Shown piece by piece: positions 1 to 10,946 of a stretch of 64,000 nt of DNA. The position numbers were made by a program, and so were the translations under genes. Below the pieces are notes generated by a model. It did no database searches. It worked only from the letters and a program-made list of their open reading frames with translations, and had not been told where the DNA came from. Source of the DNA: Tubulanus polymorphus (taxonomy: Eukaryota > Animalia > Nemertea); the NCBI RefSeq assembly GCF_964204645.1, contig NC_134028.1:14825653-14889652 (forward strand), read 5' to 3'. Every line of letters starts with the position of its first letter. Positions within the stretch are counted from its first letter, which is position 1.

Positions 1-692
1 CCATCGTCGCATTGTTGGAGCTCGCGCGCTATTGAGTTTTGTGTTAGTGATTTGATTTAAACGGCAGTTAATCTTACATAATGTTTTATTGTAAAAAGTT
101 GAATATTAATAAATTTACTCTAGAATAATGTGATTCTCGTGATGTAAAAATCATTTACCAACTGTAGATAAAGGTTTTTCCAAATTCACTGTAAAAATTG
201 ATCAGTAAAGTCAATTGTTTTTCCCATTACGGGCATGCGTTGAACAGCGTCTTAGCATGTTTGACCGTTAATTAATGGAGCAAAAATGCATTTTATACAA
301 AAGTTGACTATACAGCCGTTAAATTCAGATCTCAACGGTCACAACGATGTAAGAAGAATTCAGATAGTCGCGGGTTAGCTTTTTCCAATTTAGAGGCAAA
401 AACCGGCATTTCTGTAAAAATCAGACAAACTTCAAGGTTTTAACTGCGCAATCAAAATCGCAGAATCAAAGAATAATATCATAGAATTTGACGAAATATT
501 TAACGTAAACTTCCATATTCGTGAAAGACGATCACGCAATGCTGTTTGCCACAGAAATCCACCAACCCTTCCCATTTAATCATAAAAAATCCCTTCTGGA
601 ATCAGGTCCTGTCTGTCCCTCGGAATATATTTCTCAGCTCAATTGACTTTTCAACCGTCGGTTTTCGGTCCGCATTGAAATCTCGTCAATCT

Positions 693-1056
693 TTGGTCGC
701 TCCACTTCGCTACCGCTCCGCTCCGCGACCAATTGATTTATTTACAATACACAAATTCATATAATCAAATATATTTTAATAATTATTATTATTCTATTAT
801 TCAACTGAAATACACACGGTTATGAAAATATATTATAGTTTTAAATTACTTTTAATATTTGTTCTTAATGAACTCGACCATTCAACCTTTAACCTGAAAG
901 CCCATTACCCCTATTACTCTTAAAATAATCATACGTATACATGAATAACATTTAAATTGACAGATTATTCAATATAAAAGTATATATTTACAACATTATT
1001 TCAATATTCATATTTGTGCGAGTTAGATTTTTAAACATTAAAAGTGTTAGTAAAGT
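693..1056 (+). repeat. Maverick terminal-hairpin fragment (apex plus right arm), diverged copy of ~5204-5610
   Basis: TTGGTCGCTCC(A/G)CTTCGCTACCGCTCCGCTCCGCGACCAATTGATTTATTTACAATACAC... is shared with 5204 onward; similarity continues to ...AAAAGTGTTAGTAAAGT. Confidence 0.8.
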
Positions 1057-1065
1057 ACCTAGCAC

Positions 1066-1135
1066 GATTTCAGCGTTTTTCGGGAATTCCCTGAAATTTC
1101 GGCGTTTTTCGGAAATTCCCTGAAATTTCAGCGTT
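1066..1135. repeat. short ~30-bp tandem repeat
   Basis: ATTTC(A/G)GCGTTTTTCGG(G/A)AATTCCCTGAA occurs about 2.3 times. Confidence 0.7.
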
Positions 1136-1549
1136 TTTTTTTCAGCGTTTCAGTGTTTCAGCTTTTTCAGCGAAGTTCAGGAACCGCTCAGGTGACAGGT
1201 CGATTCGCTAAAGTGAAAATCTTGCTGACTGAACCGATGAGAGATAGCCGATTCGAACAGAACGTAGCGCTTTCGGAACATTTTATTTAAAACAAAAAAA
1301 TACCTACGCTGTTTTTATGAATTTATATTTATGTTTACATAGAAATATACAGAAATTAGATCAGATGTCTTGAAATATGATAGTGACTTACTTGTTTACA
1401 ATCATTTAAGGTAAGAATTTGTGATAATTTATTTTTTACATTATTGGAAGCAAAAACAATCGGTTTGATTGTGACTTATTTCAAAAACAAAAAACAATTT
1501 AATACAAGAATTTTTGATACCGGGTGGATAATTTTTTACAATAATGAAG

Positions 1550-1716
1550 CATGAATATATACAGGAGAATGCTTTTTACACTATTAAAACATTAAAATAT
1601 ACAGGAGAATGCTTTTTACAACATTAAAACATGAACATATACAGGAGAATGCTATGAACAATATTAAAACATGAGAATATACAGGAGAATGCTATTTACA
1701 ATATTAAAACATGAAA
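1550..1716. repeat. ~40-bp minisatellite, about 4 copies
   Basis: Repeated ATATACAGGAGAATGCT...ATTAAAACAT units. Confidence 0.85.
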
Positions 1717-2802
1717 CTTACTTTCTAATTTGACTTACTTGTTTACTATTGAAACCGGTAAAAACCGGAGGATAATGAATTCGATTCATTAATGTAAGTT
1801 TCTTATGATAACTTTTTTATACGGTTAAAAGCATGTATTTGTGTATTTGTTACAAAAAACCATCGTTAAAGAATTTCTTCATTAGGTGTAGTACGATGGC
1901 GTACTTTTTCGTCTCAGTACGACGACCTAAATTGTCACTTTCTTGGTATGAGACATTTCGATATCTCATCACTAATGTGTTCACAATCTCCTACTTGATT
2001 ACATCGTTAATGTAGTAAACGGCGCTCCTGAAAATAAAGGTAAACATGACCATCGATTTGGCTGAAACAAGATCATTGGAATTTCAGTATTTCTCGTAGC
2101 ACTAGTACTTACATCGAATCGGCACGAAATGCTGCTTCAAGATACACTGAATGTCTTGGCTTTACTGAGAAATACATAGTTGTATACGGAGCGCTGGAAA
2201 CTGATCGTTGATTACAGATGGTACAAACACCGACCATATTCGATAAATACGAATTACCAACCTTTTATCGATGAACCTTTTCTCGACCAATTTCAGCCAA
2301 ATATTGTTCAAGATATTCAGCTGCCTAAAAAATCAACGTATCATATTTTCAAATCATTCCGATCTTGGTTCCTTTGAAAATCCAATTATGATGTACCGGT
2401 ATATCAATCCAATTCATTCCAATTGAATCAGAACGTACCTCGACTGGTAGAAGTCCAGCTCGAAACCCCTTCAGACCATGTTCTGACCTATCTTGTCTTT
2501 TCGAAAGAAATTCAACGTGCCGTCTATGCTCAGGATTGTCACTGCAAACAAGATGAATCATATAAAATATGGGTAAATGGCTTGAATACTAATTCAATTC
2601 TACTATCTTCGATTTTATGCCGAGTAATTTGCATACCTGTCGATGGGGGCATTCATCGTTACCTAGATCCTCTCATTGAGATGTTCAATCTTAAACGAAA
2701 ATAAATTTTATGATATGATATATGAATCTACCATACGCGTCGATTATGCGTGCATTTAAGTTTGCAAACACTCACTTGAGTAATAAGAAATGCCAACGGG
2801 AC

Positions 2803-3045
2803 CTAAAAGAAAACATATTGACCAATGAGATAGATACCGGCATGATTAGAACGAGTTGTACATATAATAAAATGATGAGTTCTATACCGCTCTACAGTTT
2901 TCGCAAGAGAAATCCATTTCTTCAAGAGACGACTCTTCCTCCTTCGGAGACAGGCAAGATGGAACCATGCATCGCATCTTTCGCATGCTATATACTGTCT
3001 GAAATGGAATAAACCAGAACTCTGAATATGTCTGAATTCGTTCAA
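2803..3045 (-). pseudogene. PHD-finger fragment, probable exon of the KDZ/OTU transposon gene
   Basis: YIACERCDAWFHLACL is the PHD CxxC-x-W-F-H-xx-C core; same strand and just downstream of the OTU ORF. Confidence 0.55.
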
Positions 3046-3157
3046 CCAGTGATATGTTAAGTTGTTGCAATTATTTCAAGAAATGTACATCAAATTATAC
3101 CTTCCGTCATCTGGTTTCCTGTACACACAGTAGATTCCAGGGCTGCGATTCCGTGAT

Positions 3158-4150
3158 TTACGTTTTGGCGAAGAGTAAACGAAATTCACGCTTTTCCTCT
3201 GTGAATAAACATAACAAACATTTCAAAATAATGCACATACAAATAGTTTCAATATTCGATTTGCTTTGCGGAAGGTAGTACGACATTACCTTTGCTACGG
3301 GTTTTGTCTTCCGTTGGTTTTCAGTCGAAATATTTCTTTTAGGGACATACTTTTTCTTTGCAAGTCCAACATAATGGAATTCCTGTATGTGTCCGATATT
3401 TATTGGACAGCGTTCATCACCCTCTTCGGGTTCAACGGCTGTTATGGTAGAATTCGCCCTACTCGTGTATATCATGAGCCTTCTCTTTAACGTCTCCGAT
3501 GTAGCTCTTACTACTAACGCATCAGCCCATGTTGTCTGACAACTCATATCTCGGAGATATTCATCCCACGTGGTGTTACCATCTATAAATTCGTATCTAT
3601 CTATCCCATTTTGGAAAATAGCAGTCGCGTACATATAAATACTAGTATATCGGTCGTTTCCCTTTTTAAACAAATCGAAATAGAACACATGTCTATCGCA
3701 GACACAACATAAAGCACGTACTGAAGTAAATCTATTATCTCGTAAGTAGGCAACTACCATTTTCCGCAATTCGTTGGCAGTTAGATCTAACCCTTCTCTA
3801 TTGAGTTGGGTAATCACTGCAGAACAGAAACAGCTACCGTCTGCAACCGGGATTATCCTCAATTTATGGAATTCCAACAACTCTTCCAATCGTTTTTCGT
3901 GTAGATATCGCTCTTTCGATTCATGCAGTGGCTCTCGACATGCTCTCTCAAGCTCCGCTTCGTCGAACCCATCATTCCCTGCAAACGGATTGATTTTAAT
4001 CATTAGACTAATCACATTTCTCGCAACACTCAATATCACAAATTCACGGAACTTACAATCGTTTGGCATGTCGTTGGCGACGTTTCTTCGTTGTTGTTCA
4101 TCATTTTCGGCGTTCATGTCGTTTTCGGCTGGTTCTAGGTCTCGTTCCAT
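3158..4150 (-). CDS. OTU-family cysteine protease (deubiquitinase-like) domain, probably transposon-borne and degraded
   Basis: IPVADGSCFCSAV (catalytic Cys), ELRKMVVAYL, EYLRDMS..TWADALVVRA, IGHIQEFHYVGL (His). A likely read-through intron lies at ~3612-3720 (GTACGT donor, degenerate acceptor). Confidence 0.7.
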   Translation of the reverse strand: MERDLEPAENDMNAENDEQQRRNVANDMPNDCKFREFVILSVARNVISLMIKINPFAGNDGFDEAELERACREPLHESKERYLHEKRLEELLEFHKLRIIPVADGSCFCSAVITQLNREGLDLTANELRKMVVAYLRDNRFTSVRALCCVCDRHVFYFDLFKKGNDRYTSIYMYATAIFQNGIDRYEFIDGNTTWDEYLRDMSCQTTWADALVVRATSETLKRRLMIYTSRANSTITAVEPEEGDERCPINIGHIQEFHYVGLAKKKYVPKRNISTENQRKTKPVAKVMSYYLPQSKSNIETICMCIILKCLLCLFTEEKREFRLLFAKT

Positions 4151-4308
4151 AGAAGTTGCAAAATTGTTTGTTTAAATAATTCCGGTATCTATTGAAAAGC
4201 CCTCAATATCACAAATTCATGGAACTTACAATCGTTTGGCATGTCGTTGGTGACGTCTCTTCGTTGCTGTTCATCGTTTTCGGCGTTCACGTCGTTTTCG
4301 GCTGGTTC
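4030..4308. repeat. ~107-bp direct duplication (4030-4136 / 4202-4308)
   Basis: CTCAATATCACAAATTCA...TTTTCGGCTGGTTC is present twice with few mismatches. Confidence 0.85.
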
Positions 4309-4592
4309 GGTATAAGCTGCAAAAATTGATTATGGTCTGGGTTATAGAAATGGCATCGATATCTATCGTCTAAGGGCTTATATATCATAGTTTACATTAC
4401 CATTTAATTTAATCCGACCAAAATCACTGCACTTTTCTATTTCGGCAATCAGCTGATTCGATTTATCTTCTGGTTCCACAAGTGGACGATCAGTCGCATT
4501 ACAAACACGTGTTTTACAGGGCTCATCACGTCCAGAAAATAGATATCGCGACGAATTCGGTTGTTGATTTGTTCTTTTGACTGACTATTTAG

Positions 4593-5020
4593 TCAGCCAC
4601 GTAATTGTCGGACATGATTAATCCGACGCAAATTGTCGGCTTCTGAACTGCTGTTCGACTCGTGGAATCTATCCAATAACACGTAGCGATTTGACGTTTT
4701 GGTTATTGGATGACCATTGTTCGCATACATGTGGTCGTATATTGGCGTTGTATACCGACTTGCCTCAAAAACTGCATCTTCCAAAAATTCAAAGTTAATG
4801 TCGAGCTTGTTTTCTTTCGCCCTTCGAATATTATCTTCGGTTGGCTCAAGAAGCCGGCCATCATACGAAGGGAACATATTCGGATCTCTCTTGATTCCGT
4901 GCTTAACCAAGGCATCCGCCATGTCGCTTACTGTTATTGTCGGTATTTGTTTCATGGACATTAGTATGTCCACGTGGCCTCGCGCACTCTCTCCTTTTAA
5001 CTTAGTCTTTGCTGCATACG
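4593..5020 (-). pseudogene. KDZ/Zisupton-like (HMGXB3-like) transposase fragment, truncated by the Maverick terminus at 5021
   Basis: Frame extends upstream as YAAKTKLKGESARGHVDILMSMKQIPTITVSDMA..HG...YDGRL.EPT..NI..AK...HPIT....RYVLLDRFHESN; recognised from memory as HMGXB3/KDZ-type motifs. Confidence 0.5.
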
Positions 5021-5429
5021 AGTAATAGGGGTTTAGTTGTTCTAGATCAAAGGTCGAACGGTCGAGCTCATTAAAAACAAAATATTAAAAGTAATTTAAA
5101 ACTATAATATATTTTCATAGCCGTGTGTATTTTATATTATAACTAAATATTTATTCTAAGATATTAATAATTTAAATTTTAAAAGCATATTGTATTAAAT
5201 CAATTGGTCGCTCCGCTTCGCTACCGCTCCGCTCCGCGACCAATTGATTTATTTACAATACACAAATTCATATAATCAAATATATTCAAATAATAATAAC
5301 TATTCTATTATTTAACTAAAATACACACGGCTATGAAAATATATTATAGTTTTAAATTACTTTTAATATTTGTTTTTAATGAACTCGACCATTAAACCTT
5401 TAACCTAGAACAACTAAACCCCTATTACT
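5021..5429. repeat. ~410-bp imperfect palindrome (terminal hairpin)
   Basis: AGTAATAGGGGTTTAGTTGTTCTAG... pairs with ...CTAGAACAACTAAACCCCTATTACT; apex CAATTGGTCGC-(GCTCC-like repeats)-GCGACCAATTG at ~5201-5246. Confidence 0.9.
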
Positions 5430-5656
5430 CTTAAAATATTTATATACATGAATAAAATATATATGAATAACATATAAATTGATAGATTATTCAATATAAA
5501 AGTAATGAGTAATTAACGAGCTCTTATAGAATAGATATATTTTAAACATATTTCAATATTTATATTTGTATGAGTTAGATTTTTAAACATTAAAAGTGTT
5601 AGTAAAGTGTGAGTGAAATAATTCATATTTAAAACAGTGAATATTTATATTTATAT

Positions 5657-5978
5657 TGTTACGACCAATTGAGAATCCTCTGGAAATCTTGTTGCAAATT
5701 CCTCGAAGTCAAGTATTAAAGACCAACGACTTCCACATTTCAGATAACAGCAATTTATTTTACGTAGTACTGGTCTGGCCGTAACTCTCGAACTGCCTGC
5801 ATGTTCACAAAACCAGATATTTATATTGAAGACCGTGACTGTGAACAGACAGTACAGTTCAGTGGTTCTTAGCACACATTATATATAGAAGTTATACAGA
5901 CAGTTTAACAGAGAAATATGAATATACAAGATAGAATACCATGGAGATTATATACATTTCACATACATGGACATAACA
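5657..5978 (-). repeat. 3' LTR (322 bp, TGTTA...TAACA)
   Basis: Terminal inverted TGTTA/TAACA; first 89 bp match 10586-10674; purine tract AAGGGGGG adjacent on the minus strand (~5982-5990). Confidence 0.85.
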
Positions 5979-6134
5979 GACGCCCCCCTTAAAAGGGTCA
6001 GTCAAATTTATTATAGCACTTTAATAAACTATAGAATGAACTGCAAAATGTTCAGCCGTTACTCATTAAGACTTATTATAATTCGGAATTCCTTCTTCAA
6101 AATTCAATCATCACAGTAATAGACCTAAGTACAA

Positions 6135-9100
6135 CTAGATTCTGGAAAGAGCGTGTATAAGTGACAAACATTCTTTCTCGATTGTCGAGTAATTCAATTG
6201 TGCACCAGCAAACTTCTTAGAATAATAACATACCGGGTGCTCAATACCGTTTTCATCAGTTTGAACTAATACCGCACCCGCGCCAATGTCGGAAGCATCC
6301 ACAACTAATTTAAATTGTTTGCCGAAATCAGGTGCTAATAAGACAGGACTACAAGTTAACAAACTCTTCACAGATTCAAAAGCAATCTGACACTCTTTGG
6401 ACCAGAACAATTTAACGTCTTTCTTCAGTAAATTTGTTAATGGTTGAACTACTGAAGAAAAGTTTCTGCAGAACTTTCTGTAATATCCAGCCATTCCAAG
6501 AAATCTCATGATACTTTTTTTATCTACAGGAACCGGATAATCAATAATAGTTTGAATTTTAGCTGAAATTGGTTTGACATGTCCTTGACCAACTACGTGA
6601 CCCAAGTATCTAACAGTCGCTTTTCCGAATTCACTCTTAGATAGATTAATGGTGAGATTAGCAGCAGTCAGATTTTGGAACAAACCACGTAATTGTTCGA
6701 GATGTTCATTCCAATCGGTAGAAAAGACAATAATGTCGTCCAAATAGACAATGACACACACTAACCCTTTCGCAACTTTATTCATTAACCTTTGGAAAGA
6801 AGCGGCCGAGTTTTTCATGCCGAAGGGCATAACCTTATACTGATACAACCCATCCGGAGTTACGAAAGCAGATATCTCTTTCGCACGGTCAGTCAGTGGA
6901 ACCTGCCAGTACCCTTTATTTAGATCAAATTTCGACACAAATTTTGCTTTGCCGATTTTGTCAATAAGATCGTCAATTCTAGGCATCGGAAAACAATCTG
7001 TTTTAGTAAGTGAATTAACTTTCCTATAATCAGTGACAAAACGCCACTTACCGCCAGGTTTAGACACAAGGATACATGGTGAGCTCCACTGACTGTCGCT
7101 AGGTTCTGCTACTCCTAATTTCAGCATTTCGATCACTTCTTCCTTCATGATTTCTGCTCTTTCAGGATTTAGACGGTAATGATGTTGTTTAACAGGACGA
7201 GAATTACCAACATCAACATCATGTTTAAGGAGATCAGTTAAACCAGGTTTTTCTGTGAACAAATGTTTATACTCAATTAGTAAATGAGTTAATTGAGCCT
7301 TTTCGTCAGATTCTAAATGCTCCAAATGACAACTAATCTTTTCAAGAAAATTATCACTAGTTACAGTTTCCTTAACATTGTTACTACCCGAACTAGAGCG
7401 GTCCAAATAGTTATCAAATTCACAACAATCATCATCAATTTCATCTAAACTATTTACAGTTTGAACACTAGAATACGATTCTGAGACTAACGGTTGGTTT
7501 AAAGACATGCAAGATTCCACTTTCTCATTATACGGTTTAAGCATATTTATATGACACAATTGCAATTCTTTTCGGCGATCAGGAGTTTGTATTAGATAGT
7601 CAACATCATTTAATCGCTTTTGAACTATGTACGGACCGTGGAATTTAGCAGTCAATGAATCGGTCCGAATAGGGAAGAGTACTAAAACTTTATCACCACA
7701 GTTGAATTTTCGATTTCTAGATTTCTTATCATACCAATGTTTCATCTGAATTTGTGCTTCTGCAAGATTTTCACGAGCACATTTCCACGCGTTATGTAGT
7801 CTAGATTTGAAATCAGATACATACTTTAATAAAGGAATATCCTTTACATCCGACAACCAATGATCTTTAAGAAGTTTTAGCACTCCTCTCACTTGATGTC
7901 CAAATACTAATTCGAAGGGCGAAAAACCCAGAGACTCCTGTACCGACTCTCTCGTCGCAAAAAGTAATAAATGCACCCCTTCATCCCAATCCTTTCCGTT
8001 CTCATTACAATATACTCTTAACATAGACTTTAAAGTCTGGTGAAATCTCTCAAGAGCTCCTTGTGATTCGGGGTGATAAGGACTAGACTTGCTTTGCGAT
8101 ATACCTAGCTGAAACATAACCTGTTGGAAAATGCCAGACATAAAATTGGATCCATTATCAGATTGTAACGATCGAGGAAGTCCAAACAATGTGAAAAACT
8201 TGACCAGAGCTTTACAAATTGAAGGTGTATCAATTTTTCTCAAAGGAATAGCTTCAGGAAATCTAGTCGCTTTACACATGATAGTAAGTAAGTATTGATT
8301 ACCCGATTTCGTTTTCGGTAAAGGCCCTACACAATCACAAATTATCTCTGAAAATGGTTCACCAATGGCCGGAATTGGTATTAAAGGAGCAGATGGAATT
8401 CCTGACTTCCCCTTTCCACTCACTTGACAATCATGACAAGTTTGACAGAATTTCACTACTGAGCTTTTCAAACCAGGCCAAAAGAAATGTCTCAAAATCT
8501 TACTATACGTCTTATTGACGCCCAGATGACCTCCTAATGGAGTTTCATGCGCAAAATGTAATATATCAGAACGATATTCAACAGGTATAACAATTTGATA
8601 AACTGTTTGCCAATCGTTATTAGCAGGCGCCGTAGGCGGTCGCCACTTACGCATCAATATACCGGACTGATAGAAATAACCAGTAGAACTATCTAGAAGT
8701 TGTTCTTTTGAATCAACAGCACTATTCATGATATTTGTCAAACTCTGATCAGACGACTGTAAAACAACCAAATTATCTTTAGACAACAAATTACAGTCAG
8801 GTATATCACAAGCAGAATTTTCAAATATTTTCTGAAGAAACGTTTTATCTAAATCAACTGCTAAATTTTCAGCACTATCACCAGACAATTCAGAGATTTC
8901 TGTTTCCAAAGATTTAGACCTACTACGAGTCGTTACACAAGCAGGAAATAATCCTGGCGTTATTTCAATCAAATTCTCTGTCGCCTCGTCACAGTTTGGG
9001 ATCAAGCTAACAACTGGATTTAAGTTAACCTCTCCTCCAGCAATATCATTACCAAGTAAGAATTTTATATCTTTTACCGGTATAGAAGTACAGACCCCAA

Positions 9101-9515
9101 CAACGAAAGATCCATTAATTATTGCCGAATTTAAATGAACTTTATGTAATGGTATACTCAGAACTTCATTGCCTACACCCTTAATTAAGACATCTCTACC
9201 TGTATATGTTTTATCAGACAATGGCAACGTATTTTCTAGAATAAGACTTTGCGATGAACCACTATCTCTAAGCATTTTAACACTCACTGACGGAGATGAA
9301 TCAATAGATACCGTACAGTCAGAAACAAAAGGATCATACAACTTAACCGAAGTAGAATGCATTTCAGGTTTACTTTGAAATTGTAGTGTTGTAGTGAGAA
9401 CGGAACCAGACTGAGGTGAAGATGTACTATAAGTTTTCTCATTTTCACGTTTGTTTTGTAGCTTAAAAGCAATTAGACATAATATGACCTTGCTTTTTAC
9501 AGTAGTGACACACAA
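6135..9515 (-). CDS. pol: Pol polyprotein: aspartic protease, integrase, reverse transcriptase, internally deleted RNase H
   Basis: LRDSGS (PR); HETPLGGH..CQTCHDCQ, CDCVGP, SDNGSNF, GALERFH (INT); DYRKVN, FDLNKGYWQ, MPFGM, YLDD (RT); VDAS, EKECL then direct jump to ALSRI (RH deleted). Confidence 0.92.
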   Translation of the reverse strand: MCVTTVKSKVILCLIAFKLQNKRENEKTYSTSSPQSGSVLTTTLQFQSKPEMHSTSVKLYDPFVSDCTVSIDSSPSVSVKMLRDSGSSQSLILENTLPLSDKTYTGRDVLIKGVGNEVLSIPLHKVHLNSAIINGSFVVGVCTSIPVKDIKFLLGNDIAGGEVNLNPVVSLIPNCDEATENLIEITPGLFPACVTTRSRSKSLETEISELSGDSAENLAVDLDKTFLQKIFENSACDIPDCNLLSKDNLVVLQSSDQSLTNIMNSAVDSKEQLLDSSTGYFYQSGILMRKWRPPTAPANNDWQTVYQIVIPVEYRSDILHFAHETPLGGHLGVNKTYSKILRHFFWPGLKSSVVKFCQTCHDCQVSGKGKSGIPSAPLIPIPAIGEPFSEIICDCVGPLPKTKSGNQYLLTIMCKATRFPEAIPLRKIDTPSICKALVKFFTLFGLPRSLQSDNGSNFMSGIFQQVMFQLGISQSKSSPYHPESQGALERFHQTLKSMLRVYCNENGKDWDEGVHLLLFATRESVQESLGFSPFELVFGHQVRGVLKLLKDHWLSDVKDIPLLKYVSDFKSRLHNAWKCARENLAEAQIQMKHWYDKKSRNRKFNCGDKVLVLFPIRTDSLTAKFHGPYIVQKRLNDVDYLIQTPDRRKELQLCHINMLKPYNEKVESCMSLNQPLVSESYSSVQTVNSLDEIDDDCCEFDNYLDRSSSGSNNVKETVTSDNFLEKISCHLEHLESDEKAQLTHLLIEYKHLFTEKPGLTDLLKHDVDVGNSRPVKQHHYRLNPERAEIMKEEVIEMLKLGVAEPSDSQWSSPCILVSKPGGKWRFVTDYRKVNSLTKTDCFPMPRIDDLIDKIGKAKFVSKFDLNKGYWQVPLTDRAKEISAFVTPDGLYQYKVMPFGMKNSAASFQRLMNKVAKGLVCVIVYLDDIIVFSTDWNEHLEQLRGLFQNLTAANLTINLSKSEFGKATVRYLGHVVGQGHVKPISAKIQTIIDYPVPVDKKSIMRFLGMAGYYRKFCRNFSSVVQPLTNLLKKDVKLFWSKECQIAFESVKSLLTCSPVLLAPDFGKQFKLVVDASDIGAGAVLVQTDENGIEHPVCYYSKKFAGAQLNYSTIEKECLSLIHALSRI

Positions 9516-10433
9516 TGGATTTATTTACATCCTTTCTAACTGTAGAATTACCAACCGTTTGAACTTTAGCTTTGAATTGTTGATTTTTATTAACTTTATG
9601 AATCAATGAATATTCATCAGATGATTTAGCTGCTTCTGATAGATTATCAATTTTCCGTTCATCTAAATACGTATGTAAACTAGGAAAAATGCAACGTTTG
9701 AATTCTTCTAATAAGATAACTTGACGTAAACTTTCATAATCACGATTAACCGATTTTGAATCACACCAACGGTCGAAAAGCACCTCTTTTTCACGTGCAA
9801 ACCCAACGTAAGTTTCGTTTTCATCTTTCTTTCGGTTTCGAAATTTTTGCCGATATGCTTCAGGAACTAATTCGTACGCACGCAAAATTGACTGTTTAAC
9901 GGTTTCATAGTTAGCACTATCTTCCGGTGACAAAGAAGAATAAGCATTTTGAGCTTTACCGACTAAAACGCTTTGCAATAAGAGTGGCCAAAATTGCTTT
10001 TGCCAATTAAGGCTTACCGCGACTTTTTCGAATAATAAAAAGTACTTATCTATTTCTTTTTCATTGAATGCAGGTACCAGACGGATGTGTTTCGTAACGT
10101 CGAAGTCCGTGTCTCGATGACGGTTGCTATTAAATTCAAGTTCTTTCAGACGCAGGTCGTACTCCAGTTCCATTTCTTTCAAACGAAGTTTCAGGCGTGT
10201 CTCGTATTGCAGTTCCAATTCACGAATCTCTGTATTTTCTGAAATAGGCTTGCATTCCGAATCTTCGAATATACCCTTCGCAACCAAATAACTGGCAATA
10301 ATATGTTTAATTTCATCTTTCTTCTTTTACACGAAACATCATAATGTTCGGCAACAGACATGAGATCAGTTTTTCTGAGTCCATCCAAATATTCACTCGA
10401 CGGTGACTTCAGAAATTCTTCCACTGACGACAT
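9463..10433 (-). pseudogene. gag: Gag (frameshifted) with CCHC zinc knuckle
   Basis: ORFs 10191-10433 and 9463-10287; YFLLFEKVA..W, AYELVPEAYRQKFR, ILLEEFK, CHYCKKQGHIMSNC. Confidence 0.85.
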
Positions 10434-10569
10434 GATGAATAACGGATAAAGTCAAATAAGGCACAAAACAATAAATTTCACACGGTACCTTAATAGAAAG
10501 ACGAAGACTTCATCCGGAGTCGAGAACCAGTACTACGTATGCTGAATGATATTTGCCGACGTTCAGTAA

Positions 10570-10582
10570 GGACGAGCCCCCA
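10570..10582 (-). promoter_or_regulatory. primer-binding site, tRNA-Pro type
   Basis: Minus strand TGGGGGCTCGTCC, 3 nt inside the 5' LTR; matches the start of the classical PBS-Pro. Confidence 0.85.
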
Positions 10583-10585
10583 TTT

Positions 10586-10674
10586 TGTTACGACCAATTG
10601 AGAATCCTCTGGAAATCTTGTTGCGAATTCCTCGAAGTCAAGTATTAAAGACCAACGACTTCCACATTTCAGAT
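10586..10674 (-). repeat. truncated 5' LTR
   Basis: Near-identical to 5657-5745 (one mismatch seen), then breaks off into the flanking repeat. Confidence 0.85.
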
Positions 10675-10945
10675 GTGTTAAATTCTTGATTTTTAAACAT
10701 TAAAAGTGTGAGTAAAGTGTGAGTGAAATAATTTATATTTAAAACAGTGAATATTTTTATTTATGCGCGTTAAATTCTTATTTTTAAACATTAAAAGTGT
10801 GAGTAAAGTGTGAGTGAAATAATTCATATTTAAAACAGTGAATATTTATATTTATATGTGTTAGATTCTTATTTTTAAACATAAAAAGTGTCAGTAAAGT
10901 GTGAGTGAAATAATTTATATTTAAAACAGTGAATATTTATATTTG
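10675..10945. repeat. ~90-bp tandem repeat, 3 copies plus one at ~5570-5656 (array split by the Gypsy)
   Basis: TTTTTAAACATTAAAAGTGTGAGTAAAGTGTGAGTGAAATAATT(T/C)ATATTTAAAACAGTGAATATTT repeated. Confidence 0.85.
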
Positions 10946-10946
10946 A

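Larger units (their letters stand above)
5657..10674 (-). mobile_element. Gmr1-like Ty3/Gypsy LTR retrotransposon, degraded
   Basis: LTRs, PBS, PPT, gag and pol with PR-INT-RT-RH order and Gypsy-type RT motifs. Confidence 0.92.

Noticed and set aside
9463-9515. Programmed gag-pol frameshift
   Set aside because: The stop falls right after the zinc knuckle in a T-run and gag has another frameshift, so mutation of a single ORF is the simpler reading; cannot be fully excluded.
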